Virus record (IMG/VR): IMGVR_UViG_3300036761_003779
Coordinates: 41,879-105,878 of that record
From: a virus
Direction: 5' to 3' (one strand)
Length of the DNA: 64,000 nucleotides
A program made the translations under genes and the position numbers. Below, in pieces: positions 18,395 to 28,316 of this stretch. The notes under the pieces are model-generated. The model was not told where the DNA came from. It did no database searches and saw only the letters and a list, made by a program, of their open reading frames with translations. How positions within the stretch are numbered: the stretch's first letter is position 1; the number at the start of each line of letters is the position of its first letter.

Positions 18395-20845
18395 TTAGGT
18401 CGTCGGCGGGACGATGGAGACCGTCAGGGACCCGCTATCCAGGAAGGGCAGCTCGTCCTCCGACATCTCCACGTCCGCGGCCGGGTCCGTCACGTCCACG
18501 TCGAACACGTTCCCGGGGGAGATCTGGAAGATCTCGGACTCGATCCGGGAGAGCGGGACTCGACCCCCGAACCGCCACACGAACTGCGCGCCGTCCGAGG
18601 TCTTGGCGGTGGGGGAGAGGAGCGTGGCCAGAGTCGTCTTTACCAGAGACTCCGTGAGCGCCGCATTTGCCTCGATAACCACGGTGATCCCGAGGAGGCG
18701 CGGCGTGAAGTTGATGACCGTGACCTCCGTGTTGGCCTGACCGACCCCGGTCACCCCGGTGATCGGGTTCCCGTTGAAGTATTCCTCCAGCTCGTCCTTG
18801 ACGGAGGAGGAGATGGCCACGCCGTTCGTCCCCACCACGATGAGCTTGATGGTCTTCGGCCCGAAGCCCTCCTCGACCGCCTTGGCGCGCACGACCGGCC
18901 GCGTCCCGGCGGAGGAGGTGAAGGCCAGGGCCAGGGTCTCGTAGTCCTCCGGCGCGACCGCCCGGTTCCCCGTCCGGAGGGAGGCCGGACCCTCCTCCTT
19001 CACGAGCGCCAGGGACTCCTCGGAGGCGCCGTCCGCCTCCCGCCACCCGGAGGCCGGGCGCGGGTTCGTGACGGACTTGACCCAGGAGGAGCCGTCCGAG
19101 TTCACGATGATGGTGTCCGCCCCCACGTTCCCCTCGTCCGTCGCGTTGGAGCGGTACTCGAACCGGATGTTATCCGTCCCGAGCGGCGGGACCTTCCCGT
19201 GCGTCCCGTCCCCGAACCGGACCGTGAGGACTCCCTGCGCGTTCTGGTCGACGACGAAGTGCCGGTCCTTCGGGCCGGAGGTGACGAGGGAGTCCCCGTC
19301 CACGGTCAGGTTGCTCCACTCGATCTCCCCGCCGCCCTCGTCCACGAAGACCGCCACCGTGTCCCGGAGGCCCGGGGAGGTGGCTAGGACGAACTCCTGC
19401 CCCGGGTTCCCGTCGGAGGAGACCAGGGGCTCGCTCTCGACCGTCTCCCCCTGCACCGCGTCCTGGAGGACGTACTGGCTCCCCCCGTCGATCCGGACCC
19501 GGTTCAGGACCGGCTCCGTGGGGGTGGAGACGGAGATCACGCGGTAGCGGAGGAAGAAGCCCTCCACGCTCTGGACCGCGACCGGCTGCCAGTTCTCCCG
19601 GAGGGTCTGCGGGAGCGTGAAGGTCAGGTCCCCGTCCTCCGTCAGGTCCGTCGTCCCGTCGTCCTGTTCCGGGAGCGGGTTCCAGTCCGTCCCCACGGAG
19701 TAGTCCTCCGGGTCCACGGAGGGCGTCCCGGACTGCCCCAGGAAGCCGCTCGACTCGACCAGGTTCTTCCCGCCGGAGAAGTAGGACTTGACCACCTCGT
19801 ACACGCCCGTCGGGAGGTACGTCATCCGGATCAGCGCGCCGCTCCGGTCCGGGGTCCCGAGGAGGGAGGTGAGCTCGAACTGGAAGGAGGCGCCGATGTT
19901 CACGACGTCGTCCGGGGTCTCGTCCGAGAGGTCCGGGTCGTAGTATTCCCAGACGCCCGTGATCCCGGCGCCCACCGTCTGGAGGGTCACCCCGAGCTGG
20001 TCCCACATCGCGTACAGGGAGCCGAAGTACAGTTTGTCCCCCGCCTCGACGCTCGCCCAGGGCGTCCAGTAGGGCGCGCCGGAGGTGTTCACGTCCGAGG
20101 CGTGGTTTGAGGAGAAGGCCCGGATGGTCCAGGTGAGGTTGGTCTCCAGGATGAAGAGCGGGTCCTCCCCGCCCAGCGTGGCCGCCAGCCGGACGCGGGA
20201 GAGCGCCCCGGTCTGGAGGACCGCCGCGATGATGAAGGTCCCGTAGTTGCCCAGGGAGGAGTTCCCCAGCTCGACCTCCTTCCCGATATCCGCGGTGGAG
20301 ACCGCCATCGAGGCGGACTCGAACGCGGTCGGGTCCCCGAAGACGGTGACGCCGTCCGTCCCGCCCCGGTCCTTCTCCAGGGCGAAGGCCGCGTCGAGGA
20401 CGTTCGACGGCCCGACGTACAGCTCGTCGATGACCTCGAACGGGACTGGTTCGGACTCCTCCGTCCGCTCCGTCTCGAAGAGCGCCGCCGCCTCGAGGAC
20501 CTGGACCGAGGTGGACGGGACCTGCGCCAGCTCGATCAGCAGCTCCGCCACGCCCGAGCTGTAGTCCCGCATCTGGAAGTCGATGAGCTTCAGGAGGAGC
20601 CGCGCAGAGTCCGCCAGTTTGCACGTGGGGAGGAGGTTCTCACAGGCCGCCAGGTCGAGGAGGACGTTGTTCAGGTGTCCGACGAGCGCGAAGGCCCGCT
20701 CGAGCTGGATGAAGGGCTCCTCCGCTACCTCGGAGGAGACCTCCGGCGCGTTCACCCGGTTGAAGATCCGGAGTCGCCGGAGGATCTCTGCATAATAAAA
20801 CCCCGAAAACTGGAAGTCAGGGACGATGATCTTGGTGGTACTCAC
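18395..20845 (-). CDS. Baseplate J / gp6 / Afp11-like wedge protein
   Basis: SSDGNPGQEFVL, RHFVVD..VRFGDGTHGKVPP and RAVAPEDYE motifs. Confidence 0.9.
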   Translation of the reverse strand: MSTTKIIVPDFQFSGFYYAEILRRLRIFNRVNAPEVSSEVAEEPFIQLERAFALVGHLNNVLLDLAACENLLPTCKLADSARLLLKLIDFQMRDYSSGVAELLIELAQVPSTSVQVLEAAALFETERTEESEPVPFEVIDELYVGPSNVLDAAFALEKDRGGTDGVTVFGDPTAFESASMAVSTADIGKEVELGNSSLGNYGTFIIAAVLQTGALSRVRLAATLGGEDPLFILETNLTWTIRAFSSNHASDVNTSGAPYWTPWASVEAGDKLYFGSLYAMWDQLGVTLQTVGAGITGVWEYYDPDLSDETPDDVVNIGASFQFELTSLLGTPDRSGALIRMTYLPTGVYEVVKSYFSGGKNLVESSGFLGQSGTPSVDPEDYSVGTDWNPLPEQDDGTTDLTEDGDLTFTLPQTLRENWQPVAVQSVEGFFLRYRVISVSTPTEPVLNRVRIDGGSQYVLQDAVQGETVESEPLVSSDGNPGQEFVLATSPGLRDTVAVFVDEGGGEIEWSNLTVDGDSLVTSGPKDRHFVVDQNAQGVLTVRFGDGTHGKVPPLGTDNIRFEYRSNATDEGNVGADTIIVNSDGSSWVKSVTNPRPASGWREADGASEESLALVKEEGPASLRTGNRAVAPEDYETLALAFTSSAGTRPVVRAKAVEEGFGPKTIKLIVVGTNGVAISSSVKDELEEYFNGNPITGVTGVGQANTEVTVINFTPRLLGITVVIEANAALTESLVKTTLATLLSPTAKTSDGAQFVWRFGGRVPLSRIESEIFQISPGNVFDVDVTDPAADVEMSEDELPFLDSGSLTVSIVPPTT

Positions 20846-21279
20846 GCTTCACCTCCCATGGCCCCGGAGTAGTTGACCCGCGGGGAACTCTGGAGGGCGT
20901 CTTTCAGGTTGCTCTCGACCTCCCCCTCCCGGTCCGCCTCCAGGTCGACGTACTTGACGCGGGCGATCAGCTCCTCCCCGGCGTTCTCCATCACGAGCCC
21001 ATCCTCCGGCGCCAGGCGGGCGATCTCCGCCTCCCGGAGCCGGGCGAAGAAGCGGGTGACCTCTCGGCGCGCGCGGACCATGACGGAGGCCGCGTTGACG
21101 GAGAAGACGATCTGCTCGGAGATGCCGACCTCGACGCCCCCGCCGGTCTGGAACGGGTTGCGGGAGTAGTTGGGCGTCAGCCCCACCCGGATGCACTGCT
21201 CCGTGTAGGGCGTCCCCTGGATCAGCTGGGCGCCCCCGCGCTTGTTGGTCCGGACCGGCACCGCGAATCCTTTGGCCAT
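20842..21279 (-). CDS. gp25-like baseplate wedge / sheath initiator
   Basis: 145 aa, MAKGFAVP N-terminus; position between spike and baseplate J. Confidence 0.65.
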   Translation of the reverse strand: MAKGFAVPVRTNKRGGAQLIQGTPYTEQCIRVGLTPNYSRNPFQTGGGVEVGISEQIVFSVNAASVMVRARREVTRFFARLREAEIARLAPEDGLVMENAGEELIARVKYVDLEADREGEVESNLKDALQSSPRVNYSGAMGGEA

Positions 21280-21287
21280 GCTCCTTC

Positions 21288-22037
21288 TTACTCCGTCTTA
21301 CATTTGGTGGACAACCAAGTGTTCTTGGCCGCCTTGAAGGCGTTCACCGCGGAGAGGTACGTCCCCGCCGCCGTGGTCGCAGCCGTGACCCCGGAGGACT
21401 GCGCCTGCCAGGCCGCCTGCAGCGCCTCGAAGGCCACCTTGAGCGGTACCAGCGGCCCGGTGCAGGCGGACGCCAGCGCCGTGTACTGCGTCACGTTCGC
21501 GTCCGCGCAGGTCTGGCACGTCCCGAGGTACGTCTGGAGGGCGGTCACCCAGGCCGCCTCCGCGGTCAGGTACGTCTCGAGCTGCATGTTGAAGGTGTCC
21601 CCGCGCATCAGCGGGTGAGAGGCGTCCTCCTCCCCGAGCCGCGTCTTGGCGGAGATGAGGGCCAGGATCCCCTTCTTCCGATCGAAGAGGAGGACCAGCT
21701 CCCCCACCTTCATGCCGCCGCGCTCCGTCGGGTCCGAGGCGAACTCCGTCGGGATGGCGTCCTTGTCCGTGTACTGCGCGCCGGTCCACCGCGCGGAGGT
21801 CTCCCCCGCGGACCGCTCCCGCCCGGACTCGACCTCTACCTCGACGAGGGAGCCCACCTTCGGGACCATATAGAAGCCCTCCCCCTTGCCGGCAAACGGC
21901 CAGGAGGCCGGGATCCAGGTCTCGTCGTCCCCCAGGTTCTGACCCTCCAGCACCGCGTCGACCTGGACCTGGAGGCGCCCGAGCTTCTTGGGGTCCTCAT
22001 TCTTGAGGACCTTCCCAAAGTGCTTCTCCGGGATCAT
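21288..22037 (-). CDS. Baseplate spike (gp5/VgrG OB-fold) with helical C-terminus
   Basis: Real start MIPEKHFGKVLKNEDPKKLGRLQVQV..GFYMVPKVGSLVEVE (gp5 OB fold); the 1479-aa track ORF is an artefactual upstream extension. Confidence 0.85.
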   Translation of the reverse strand: MIPEKHFGKVLKNEDPKKLGRLQVQVDAVLEGQNLGDDETWIPASWPFAGKGEGFYMVPKVGSLVEVEVESGRERSAGETSARWTGAQYTDKDAIPTEFASDPTERGGMKVGELVLLFDRKKGILALISAKTRLGEEDASHPLMRGDTFNMQLETYLTAEAAWVTALQTYLGTCQTCADANVTQYTALASACTGPLVPLKVAFEALQAAWQAQSSGVTAATTAAGTYLSAVNAFKAAKNTWLSTKCKTE

Positions 22038-23236
22038 GCGTCCGCCTCCTCCTGCTTGGCCCCGGAGATGTTCCGCGGCGTCCCGACGACGGACTTCAGG
22101 GCTACCTTGTTGGCGGAGAACTCCGTCTCGTAGAGCGCCCCCTCCCCCATCTTCTGGGTCACCGCCGTCATCTGCCAGTCCCCGGAGAACCGCGGGCCAA
22201 GCCCCTTCAGCTCGTGGACGTGCCCCAGGCGGACGTCCGGGGAGCCGAGGATGGCCCCGCGCCCGAAGACGAAGTCGTTCTGACGCCGCTCGAACCACGC
22301 CTGGGCCCACCGCTTGCAGTCCGCCGCGGAGGTGAAGCGGCGGTCCATGACGACCTCCTCCCGCTGACCGAAGACGGTCAGGACCACGGAGGGTCCGTTG
22401 GGGATCCCCTTCCTGAGCTTCTCCTTCCCGGTGGCCGCCGCGAAGCGGGTCTTCTCCGCGTCCTTCTTCTTGACCTCCACGGCGATCCGGTGGAATTTGC
22501 GGGTCTTGGGGTCCAGGTACTGGACCTCGAGCTTCGTGGTCTGGGAGGGTAGGCTCATCTTGGGGTCGAAGTCGAGGAGCGTCGCGTCCGGCTCCCCGGT
22601 CCCGTAGATGAATTTGTGCTTCGTTGGCTGGTCCTCCACGTCCGGCGGCCCCCAGTACCCCACGTGCGTCCCCTTCTCCGGGTCCCAGCGGACCCAGCAG
22701 ACGAAGGAGTGGTACGAGGCCAGGTCCTGGAGGAACTGCCACCGGGTCGTCCCCTTCTTCCGGACCCGGGTCACCGTCGGCTTGGTCTGGAAGACGAAGG
22801 GCGCGAAGCCCTCCTCCTTGAAGATCTTGGAGACGACGTCGGAGTCCCGCACCTTCCGGTAGACCTTCCCCTTGTCCTTGGCCCCGGTGTCCATCAGGAG
22901 CCGGGAGGCGTCGTGCGCCACGATCGTCAGCCGCGGCATCCCGGAGCGCGGGAAGGAGGGGTCCGGCTTCACGATCGTCCCCCGGTTCATGAAATGCAAG
23001 GCTTTCCCGGCGTACCCCATCCAGAGGTCCAGGGTGTTCCCCTCCGCGAAGACCCGCTCGTCGAGGAAGACGAAGTTGGGGTTCATGACCTGGAGGGTGA
23101 TCTTCGAGGCGGAGTTCTGCTCCTCGTGGTACTCGACGGAGGAGATGAACTGGGTGATGTCCTCCTTGAGCTTTGTACCCTCCACTACAATCAGGTAGCG
23201 GGGAGCCAGCATCGCGCCAAGCGTGTCCAGGGCCAT
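22034..23236 (-). CDS. Baseplate hub (late control gpD-like)
   Basis: LWMGY, SDVVSKIF..TRWQFLQDLA and LGPRFSGDWQMTAVTQ motifs. Confidence 0.85.
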   Translation of the reverse strand: MALDTLGAMLAPRYLIVVEGTKLKEDITQFISSVEYHEEQNSASKITLQVMNPNFVFLDERVFAEGNTLDLWMGYAGKALHFMNRGTIVKPDPSFPRSGMPRLTIVAHDASRLLMDTGAKDKGKVYRKVRDSDVVSKIFKEEGFAPFVFQTKPTVTRVRKKGTTRWQFLQDLASYHSFVCWVRWDPEKGTHVGYWGPPDVEDQPTKHKFIYGTGEPDATLLDFDPKMSLPSQTTKLEVQYLDPKTRKFHRIAVEVKKKDAEKTRFAAATGKEKLRKGIPNGPSVVLTVFGQREEVVMDRRFTSAADCKRWAQAWFERRQNDFVFGRGAILGSPDVRLGHVHELKGLGPRFSGDWQMTAVTQKMGEGALYETEFSANKVALKSVVGTPRNISGAKQEEADA

Positions 23237-23566
23237 CTAGGCGCCCTCCCCGCCCCCGTTGGGGCTCCCGGGTCCCGGAGGCCCGGCCGGGGTCGTAGCG
23301 CCCGGCGTTGGGGCGCTGGCTGCGCCTGGCGAGGGTCCGGGCACCACGTCCTCGTCCGCCCAGACCACCTTCGTCTTCCCGCGGTGCCCGTGGACCCGCC
23401 GGACGTGCTCGATCCCGCCCGGCCAGTAGTGGACGCAGGGGGAGTCCCCGAGCCAGCGGACGGAGACGTCCCCGCCGCTCCAGAGGACGCCCTCCGCCAC
23501 GATCCCGGTCCCGGAGGTCCCAGTCTCGTCCTCGATCCGGACCAGGTAGAAGACCCGCGCTGCCAT
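23237..23566 (-). CDS. Conserved phage hypothetical protein
   Basis: FYLVRIEDETGTSGTGIVAEGV..VHGHRGKTKVVW, a motif recalled from diverse phages. Confidence 0.65.
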   Translation of the reverse strand: MAARVFYLVRIEDETGTSGTGIVAEGVLWSGGDVSVRWLGDSPCVHYWPGGIEHVRRVHGHRGKTKVVWADEDVVPGPSPGAASAPTPGATTPAGPPGPGSPNGGGEGA

Positions 23567-23569
23567 GGC

Positions 23570-24391
23570 TTACAGGAACTCCCCGCCGGCGGTGTCCGAG
23601 AACACCGTGACGTAGCGGTCCCGGCCCCGGCGGTCGAAGAGCGCGCGCCGGACCTCCTCCGCCTTCTCGTAGCCGGACCCGCTCCGGAAGGCGTGGAACT
23701 CCGGCTGGACCGGGAGGGTCAGGAGGTGCTCCTCCGGGTAGACGTGAACCGGGTCCCGCGGCCGGAGGTCCGCCAGGAGCATCCCGGGCGTCCGCGGGTT
23801 CAGCTGCCGGAGGAGGACGCCCAGGAGCGGGTTCCCGTACTCGTCCTGGGCCAGCGCCTCGTAGGTGTCCCCGCGCTTGGCCCGCCGGATCCGCGTGAAC
23901 TTCTCCGGGACGGAGGGGTCCGTGACCTTCCACTGGACCTCCTCGTACCGCATCAGCGTGATGGAGAGCGTGGCCCCGCGGAAGGTGCCGTCGTCCCGGA
24001 TCTCGTCGTAGGTCACCCCGCCGATGCTCTTGACGAGGCAGTCCATCTGGAGGGTCTCGAGCCCGCCCCAGGCGAAGCAGCAGACCGGCGGCCGCTTCAG
24101 GTCCGAGTTCCGGCGGACCAGGTTCTCGAGCCGGAGGAGCCGCTCCTCCACCGAGTCCGTGGAGTCCGTCGCCCAGAGCTTGGCCTGGAAGCTGATCTCC
24201 TCCAGCTCCCCGGAGATCCACTGCAGGATGGGGTAGTCGCGGTTCACGGACTTCCCGACCGCGATGTCCGCGGCGACCGTCTTGGAGACGGACTGCGGGA
24301 TGAACTGGCCGACGATGTCCTCCTTCCGGTCGAGGTCCACGATCAGCCAGAGCTTCTTGCTGGGCCCGGAGGCCCCGATACCGGCGCTCAT
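23570..24391 (-). CDS. Tube initiator / CIS-tube-LysM (gpU/gpX-like) protein
   Basis: GQFIPQSVS..PILQWISGELEEISF..PPVCCFAWG; LysM-like AKRGDTYEALAQDEYGNP. Confidence 0.8.
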   Translation of the reverse strand: MSAGIGASGPSKKLWLIVDLDRKEDIVGQFIPQSVSKTVAADIAVGKSVNRDYPILQWISGELEEISFQAKLWATDSTDSVEERLLRLENLVRRNSDLKRPPVCCFAWGGLETLQMDCLVKSIGGVTYDEIRDDGTFRGATLSITLMRYEEVQWKVTDPSVPEKFTRIRRAKRGDTYEALAQDEYGNPLLGVLLRQLNPRTPGMLLADLRPRDPVHVYPEEHLLTLPVQPEFHAFRSGSGYEKAEEVRRALFDRRGRDRYVTVFSDTAGGEFL

Positions 24392-27064
24392 CTAGTACGC
24401 TCCTCCGAAGGCGAAGCCGCGCTGGAGCAGGGACGTCCGCTCCCCGGGCTTCAGGGTGACCCCGCTCCGCTCCATCTGGTCGAGCTGGACCTCCGCCACC
24501 GCCAGGGCAATCTTCTTCCCGTCGATGCTCACCGGGACCTCGATCCGGACCGTCCCGCCCCCGCCGCCCCCGCCCGCCGGCGGGGAGGTCCGCCCGGGGT
24601 CCCCACCGCCCAGCGCGCCGGCGCCCACCTGCCCGGCCATCCCGCCGCCCATCCCGGAGGTGACCGCCGCCGCCAGGACCGCCCGGTTCAGGACGACGTC
24701 CCCCGCGGAGACCCCGAGGATGCCGCCGGACGTGACCATCGCGTCCCCCGCCTTCTTCGGGGCCACCGGCGTGACGCCCGCCGGCGCGGCCGCCCCCGGG
24801 ATCCGGTTGAGCGTCGCGTCGAGCCGGGTCAGGATGGAGGTCATCTGCTGGGCGTTGATGGTCCCCTGCGCCATCTGCTGCGTGAGGAAGGCGGTCACCC
24901 GCCCCGTGGCAAACTCCTTGGTCAGCTCCGTCCGCCCGCCGCCCTCCGTCCCGACCGTCTTCATCCCCTGCCCGGCGAAGCCGGCCAGGGTCTCCGCCAT
25001 CTGCGCGGCGTTCTTCTCCGTCACGGACACGCCGAAGTTGGCCACGCGGAGCTTCGACGCCTGGATCTCCGCCTGGTTGAAGAGGTTGTAGAGCCCGGTG
25101 GAGAGCTTGTCGCTGATGCCGAACTTCTTGTCCAACCAGCTCCCGAGGGCGTAGCCCGCCGTGCCCGCCGCGCCGACCGCGGCGCCGAAGATGCCTAGCT
25201 TGGCCGCCAGCGGCATCGCGCTCCCAGCGATCGAGCCGAGGGAGGAGGAGAGCGTCGAGCCGATGAGCGGGATCTTCGAGATGACCCCGTTCAGGGTCGC
25301 CCGCCAGCCCGCCGCCTGCTCCCCGAGCCCGGTCCCGCCCGCGCCCGGCCCGGTCCCGAACCCCGGCTTGAGGCCCGCCCCGCCCATCTCGCCGAAGTTG
25401 ACCACCCGGACGGGCTGCGCGGTCAGGGTCTCCGCGAACTTCCCCACCTTCCCGAGGAGGCCGCCGGCGCCGCCGGCCAGCTTCCCGAGCCAGGGGACCT
25501 TCGAGGCCAGCGCCCCGAAGAGCCCGCCCACCGCCTTCGAGGCCAGGGAGAAGGCGCCCACCATGGCCTTCCCGGCGCCCCACGCCATCTGGACCATCCC
25601 GCCCAGGAGCTTCGTGACGCCGAAGAGGACCGCGGAGACCGGGCCAATCGCCACCAGGAGGAGGCCGAACTTCGTGGCCAGGCGCGCCGTCCCCTCCGCG
25701 CCCTCCTTCCCGGTGAAGCCGAGCCACCGCCCCACTCCCCCGAGGGAGGAGAGGACGGAGGCGATCGTGGCCTTGGCGGACTCGAAGCCCGCCCGGATCC
25801 CGCGCGCCACCTCGAGGAAGACCGGCGGGAGGGTCTTGAGCTGCTTCAGCGCCTCCGGGTCCGTGATCTTCTCCCCGCGGACCACGCGGAGCGCCAGCGC
25901 CAGGTTCGAGAGGGCGTCCGCCGCCTTGCTCATCCCGCCCTTGGTGAAGCCGGAGAGCATCCCGAACATCTCGATGGAGACCCCCTCCATCGCGGAGGTG
26001 ACCAGCTCGAGCTGCCCGGTGAAGGACTGGAGGCGCAGGTCCGCCATCTTCTTCGCGGACTGCCCGGTCTCCACCGCCAGCTCCGCCTGCGTCTTCCGGA
26101 AGCGGGCCATGTCCTCCCCGGTGAGGTTGAAGGCGGAGCCGAGGGACTTGGCCTGGATGCCGAAGATCTTGGACGCGATGGACGCCCGCTTCACCGGGTC
26201 CGGGATCTTCCGGAGCTTATCCGCCAGGTTCAGGAAGACGTCCGGGAGCGCCCGCATCCCGCCCTTCTCGTCCTTGAAGATCGACTGGGAGGTTATCCCC
26301 AGCTGGGCCATGGCGGCCCGGGACTGCTTCGTCGGGTTGACCAGCTTCTGGAGGGACATCCGGAGCGCGGTCCCGGAGAGGGTCCCCTTGATGCCGATGT
26401 CGTGGAGGGCGCCCAGCGCGCCGACGGTAGCCTTGAAGTCGTAGCCCAGCTCCCGGGCGGCCGGCGCGGCGAACTTCAGACCCTCCTGGAGGGAGACCAT
26501 CGAGGCGTTGGTCCGGGCGGACGCCAGGGCCAGTGTCCCCGCGATCATCGTCGCGTCCTTCCCGGCAAGGGCGAAGGCGCGGGTGTTCGCGGCCACCATC
26601 TCCGCCGCGGTCGAGAGGGAGATCCCCTCCGCGGCCGCCGCGTTGAGGACGCCCGGGACCGCGGACATGATGTCCTTCACGGAGAAGCCCGCGCGGGACA
26701 GCTCCGTCATGGCGTCCGCCGCCTCCGACGCCGTGTACTTCGTCTGCGCGCCGAGGGTCTTGGCCAGGCCGGAGAGCGCCACCTCGTCCGTCTTGGACAT
26801 GTCGAGGGCGACCGCCTTCAGGTTGGCCATCGACTGCTCGAACATGACCCCGGACTTCATCATGTAGGCAAAGGCGCCGCCCACCGGGACGGAGACCATG
26901 GCGATGTTCCCGAGCCCGCGGGACATCGTCCCCATGCCGTCCGAGATGCCCTTGAAGGAGGACTTGAGCGCGGCCGCGGTTCGCCCCACCTTGCCCATGG
27001 CGGCGGAGGCGCCCTTGTCGACGAACTCCAGGATGGCCGCAAGGCCGAACTGCCGGATAGCCAC
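24392..27064 (-). CDS. Tape measure protein (TP901 family)
   Basis: FEQSMANLKAV, TKYTASEAADAMTELSRAG and GIKGTLSGTALR motifs. Confidence 0.92.
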   Translation of the reverse strand: MAIRQFGLAAILEFVDKGASAAMGKVGRTAAALKSSFKGISDGMGTMSRGLGNIAMVSVPVGGAFAYMMKSGVMFEQSMANLKAVALDMSKTDEVALSGLAKTLGAQTKYTASEAADAMTELSRAGFSVKDIMSAVPGVLNAAAAEGISLSTAAEMVAANTRAFALAGKDATMIAGTLALASARTNASMVSLQEGLKFAAPAARELGYDFKATVGALGALHDIGIKGTLSGTALRMSLQKLVNPTKQSRAAMAQLGITSQSIFKDEKGGMRALPDVFLNLADKLRKIPDPVKRASIASKIFGIQAKSLGSAFNLTGEDMARFRKTQAELAVETGQSAKKMADLRLQSFTGQLELVTSAMEGVSIEMFGMLSGFTKGGMSKAADALSNLALALRVVRGEKITDPEALKQLKTLPPVFLEVARGIRAGFESAKATIASVLSSLGGVGRWLGFTGKEGAEGTARLATKFGLLLVAIGPVSAVLFGVTKLLGGMVQMAWGAGKAMVGAFSLASKAVGGLFGALASKVPWLGKLAGGAGGLLGKVGKFAETLTAQPVRVVNFGEMGGAGLKPGFGTGPGAGGTGLGEQAAGWRATLNGVISKIPLIGSTLSSSLGSIAGSAMPLAAKLGIFGAAVGAAGTAGYALGSWLDKKFGISDKLSTGLYNLFNQAEIQASKLRVANFGVSVTEKNAAQMAETLAGFAGQGMKTVGTEGGGRTELTKEFATGRVTAFLTQQMAQGTINAQQMTSILTRLDATLNRIPGAAAPAGVTPVAPKKAGDAMVTSGGILGVSAGDVVLNRAVLAAAVTSGMGGGMAGQVGAGALGGGDPGRTSPPAGGGGGGGTVRIEVPVSIDGKKIALAVAEVQLDQMERSGVTLKPGERTSLLQRGFAFGGAY

Positions 27065-27076
27065 GCGCGTCCTCCT

Positions 27077-27280
27077 CTAGCGCCGGCGCGGTATCTTAGG
27101 CCCCGCCTCCGGCGCGGTCCCCGGCAGCTTCGGCCGCTTCTTCCGGGCGCGGTCTATCCGGGCGAGGACCCAGGCCCGCTTCTCCGGGGTCATCTCCCGG
27201 ACGTCCGCCGCCCGGTAGGCGCCCTCGCTCCCGAGGACGATGGCAAACTCCTCCTCCCAGAGCCGCTCCCGCGGTGTCAC
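27077..27280 (-). CDS. Tail assembly chaperone frameshift extension (gpT-like)
   Basis: -1 frame relative to 27277..28200; LWEEEFAI..DVREMTPEKRAWVL. Confidence 0.7.
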   Translation of the reverse strand: MTPRERLWEEEFAIVLGSEGAYRAADVREMTPEKRAWVLARIDRARKKRPKLPGTAPEAGPKIPRRR

Positions 27281-28200
27281 TGGGAGGAAGGCGCGAAAAA
27301 ATCGTCATACGACCAGTTGATGCCCTGGCGGAACTCCCGCCGGCAGCTCGGGCATTGGTCCCGGATCTCCATCACCAGCCCGCCGCCGCACTGGTCGATC
27401 TCCCGGACCAGCCGGTTGATCTCCCGCGGCGCCATGGTCCGGAGGTGCTCCGCGGTCAGGAAGACCGGCCCCTCTGGCGCGCCCTTCAGCCCGATCACGC
27501 CCTGCTGGATCGTCACCAGCTTGAACTTGGCCGGGTTCGTCAGGAGCGTCGGGTCCTCCGTCTCCATGAAGGCCCAGCGGACCGGCCCCACCTTGAACTC
27601 CGTGAGCCGCTTCCCCGCGTACGTGACGCCCGTCTCGAGCTTGACCTCCCTCGACGGGACCTCGTCGAAGACCTTGACCTCCAGGGTCCGGAGGTCCCCG
27701 GTGTAGCCCCGGACGGGCTTCCGGCAGGCGGAGCAGGTGAACTCCTTCAGGGAGAGCCCCGGGCCCAGCGCGCCGATCCGGATCCAGACGTAGACCGCGA
27801 GGGCGTCCGAGAAGTAGAGGGAGCGGACCAGGAGGCGCCGCTCGCTCCGCTTCATCTTCGTCACGTCGATGCTCCCGACCCGGGAGAGCCCGTGCCCGAT
27901 GACCTCCGAGACGTAGACGTTGAGGGACATCTGCTGGTTCTCGGAGGCCAGCTCCCCGAGGCGCTCCTCCAGCTCGTAGGTCCAGTCGGTCAGCTCGAAG
28001 TCCAGGTGCTTCTGACCGGTCTGGTCCGTGTACCCGAGCGGGAGCCGCTTCCCGACCGCGGTCAGCGTGGGGAGCCTCTCCTCCGCCGCCCCCGCCTCCC
28101 CGTCCAGGGCGGCAAGGTCCGCCGGGACGTCCCCGAGGCGCGCGTCCCCATTGCCGGGCGCCCGGTCCTTCTTCTCTGTCTGTTCTTGGGTAGAACTCAT
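27277..28200 (-). CDS. Tail assembly chaperone (gpG-like, CxxC motifs)
   Basis: Between tube and tape measure genes; CSAC and CPSC; ends DDFF at the slippery site. Confidence 0.8.
   Translation of the reverse strand: MSSTQEQTEKKDRAPGNGDARLGDVPADLAALDGEAGAAEERLPTLTAVGKRLPLGYTDQTGQKHLDFELTDWTYELEERLGELASENQQMSLNVYVSEVIGHGLSRVGSIDVTKMKRSERRLLVRSLYFSDALAVYVWIRIGALGPGLSLKEFTCSACRKPVRGYTGDLRTLEVKVFDEVPSREVKLETGVTYAGKRLTEFKVGPVRWAFMETEDPTLLTNPAKFKLVTIQQGVIGLKGAPEGPVFLTAEHLRTMAPREINRLVREIDQCGGGLVMEIRDQCPSCRREFRQGINWSYDDFFAPSSQ
27295..27301 (-). other. -1 programmed ribosomal frameshift heptamer T TTT TTC
   Basis: GAC GAT TTT TTC GCG near the chaperone 3' end; a -1 slip enters the 27077..27280 frame without a stop. 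Confidence 0.8.
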
Positions 28201-28316
28201 CTAGCCGCCTCCAAGTGGGCCCGCTCGCGCGAGCCGTTGTGAGGTCCGTCAGGATCTCGGGGCGCCCCAGTTTGCCGCCGCGCGGTCTGTTGGCGCCCGG
28301 TTCCCCGCCCGCCCGG

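Noticed and set aside
21288-25727. 1479-aa minus-strand ORF
   Set aside because: Only the last 249 aa (from 22037) are a real gp5-like gene; the rest is an off-frame overlap of the hub, LysM and tape measure genes.
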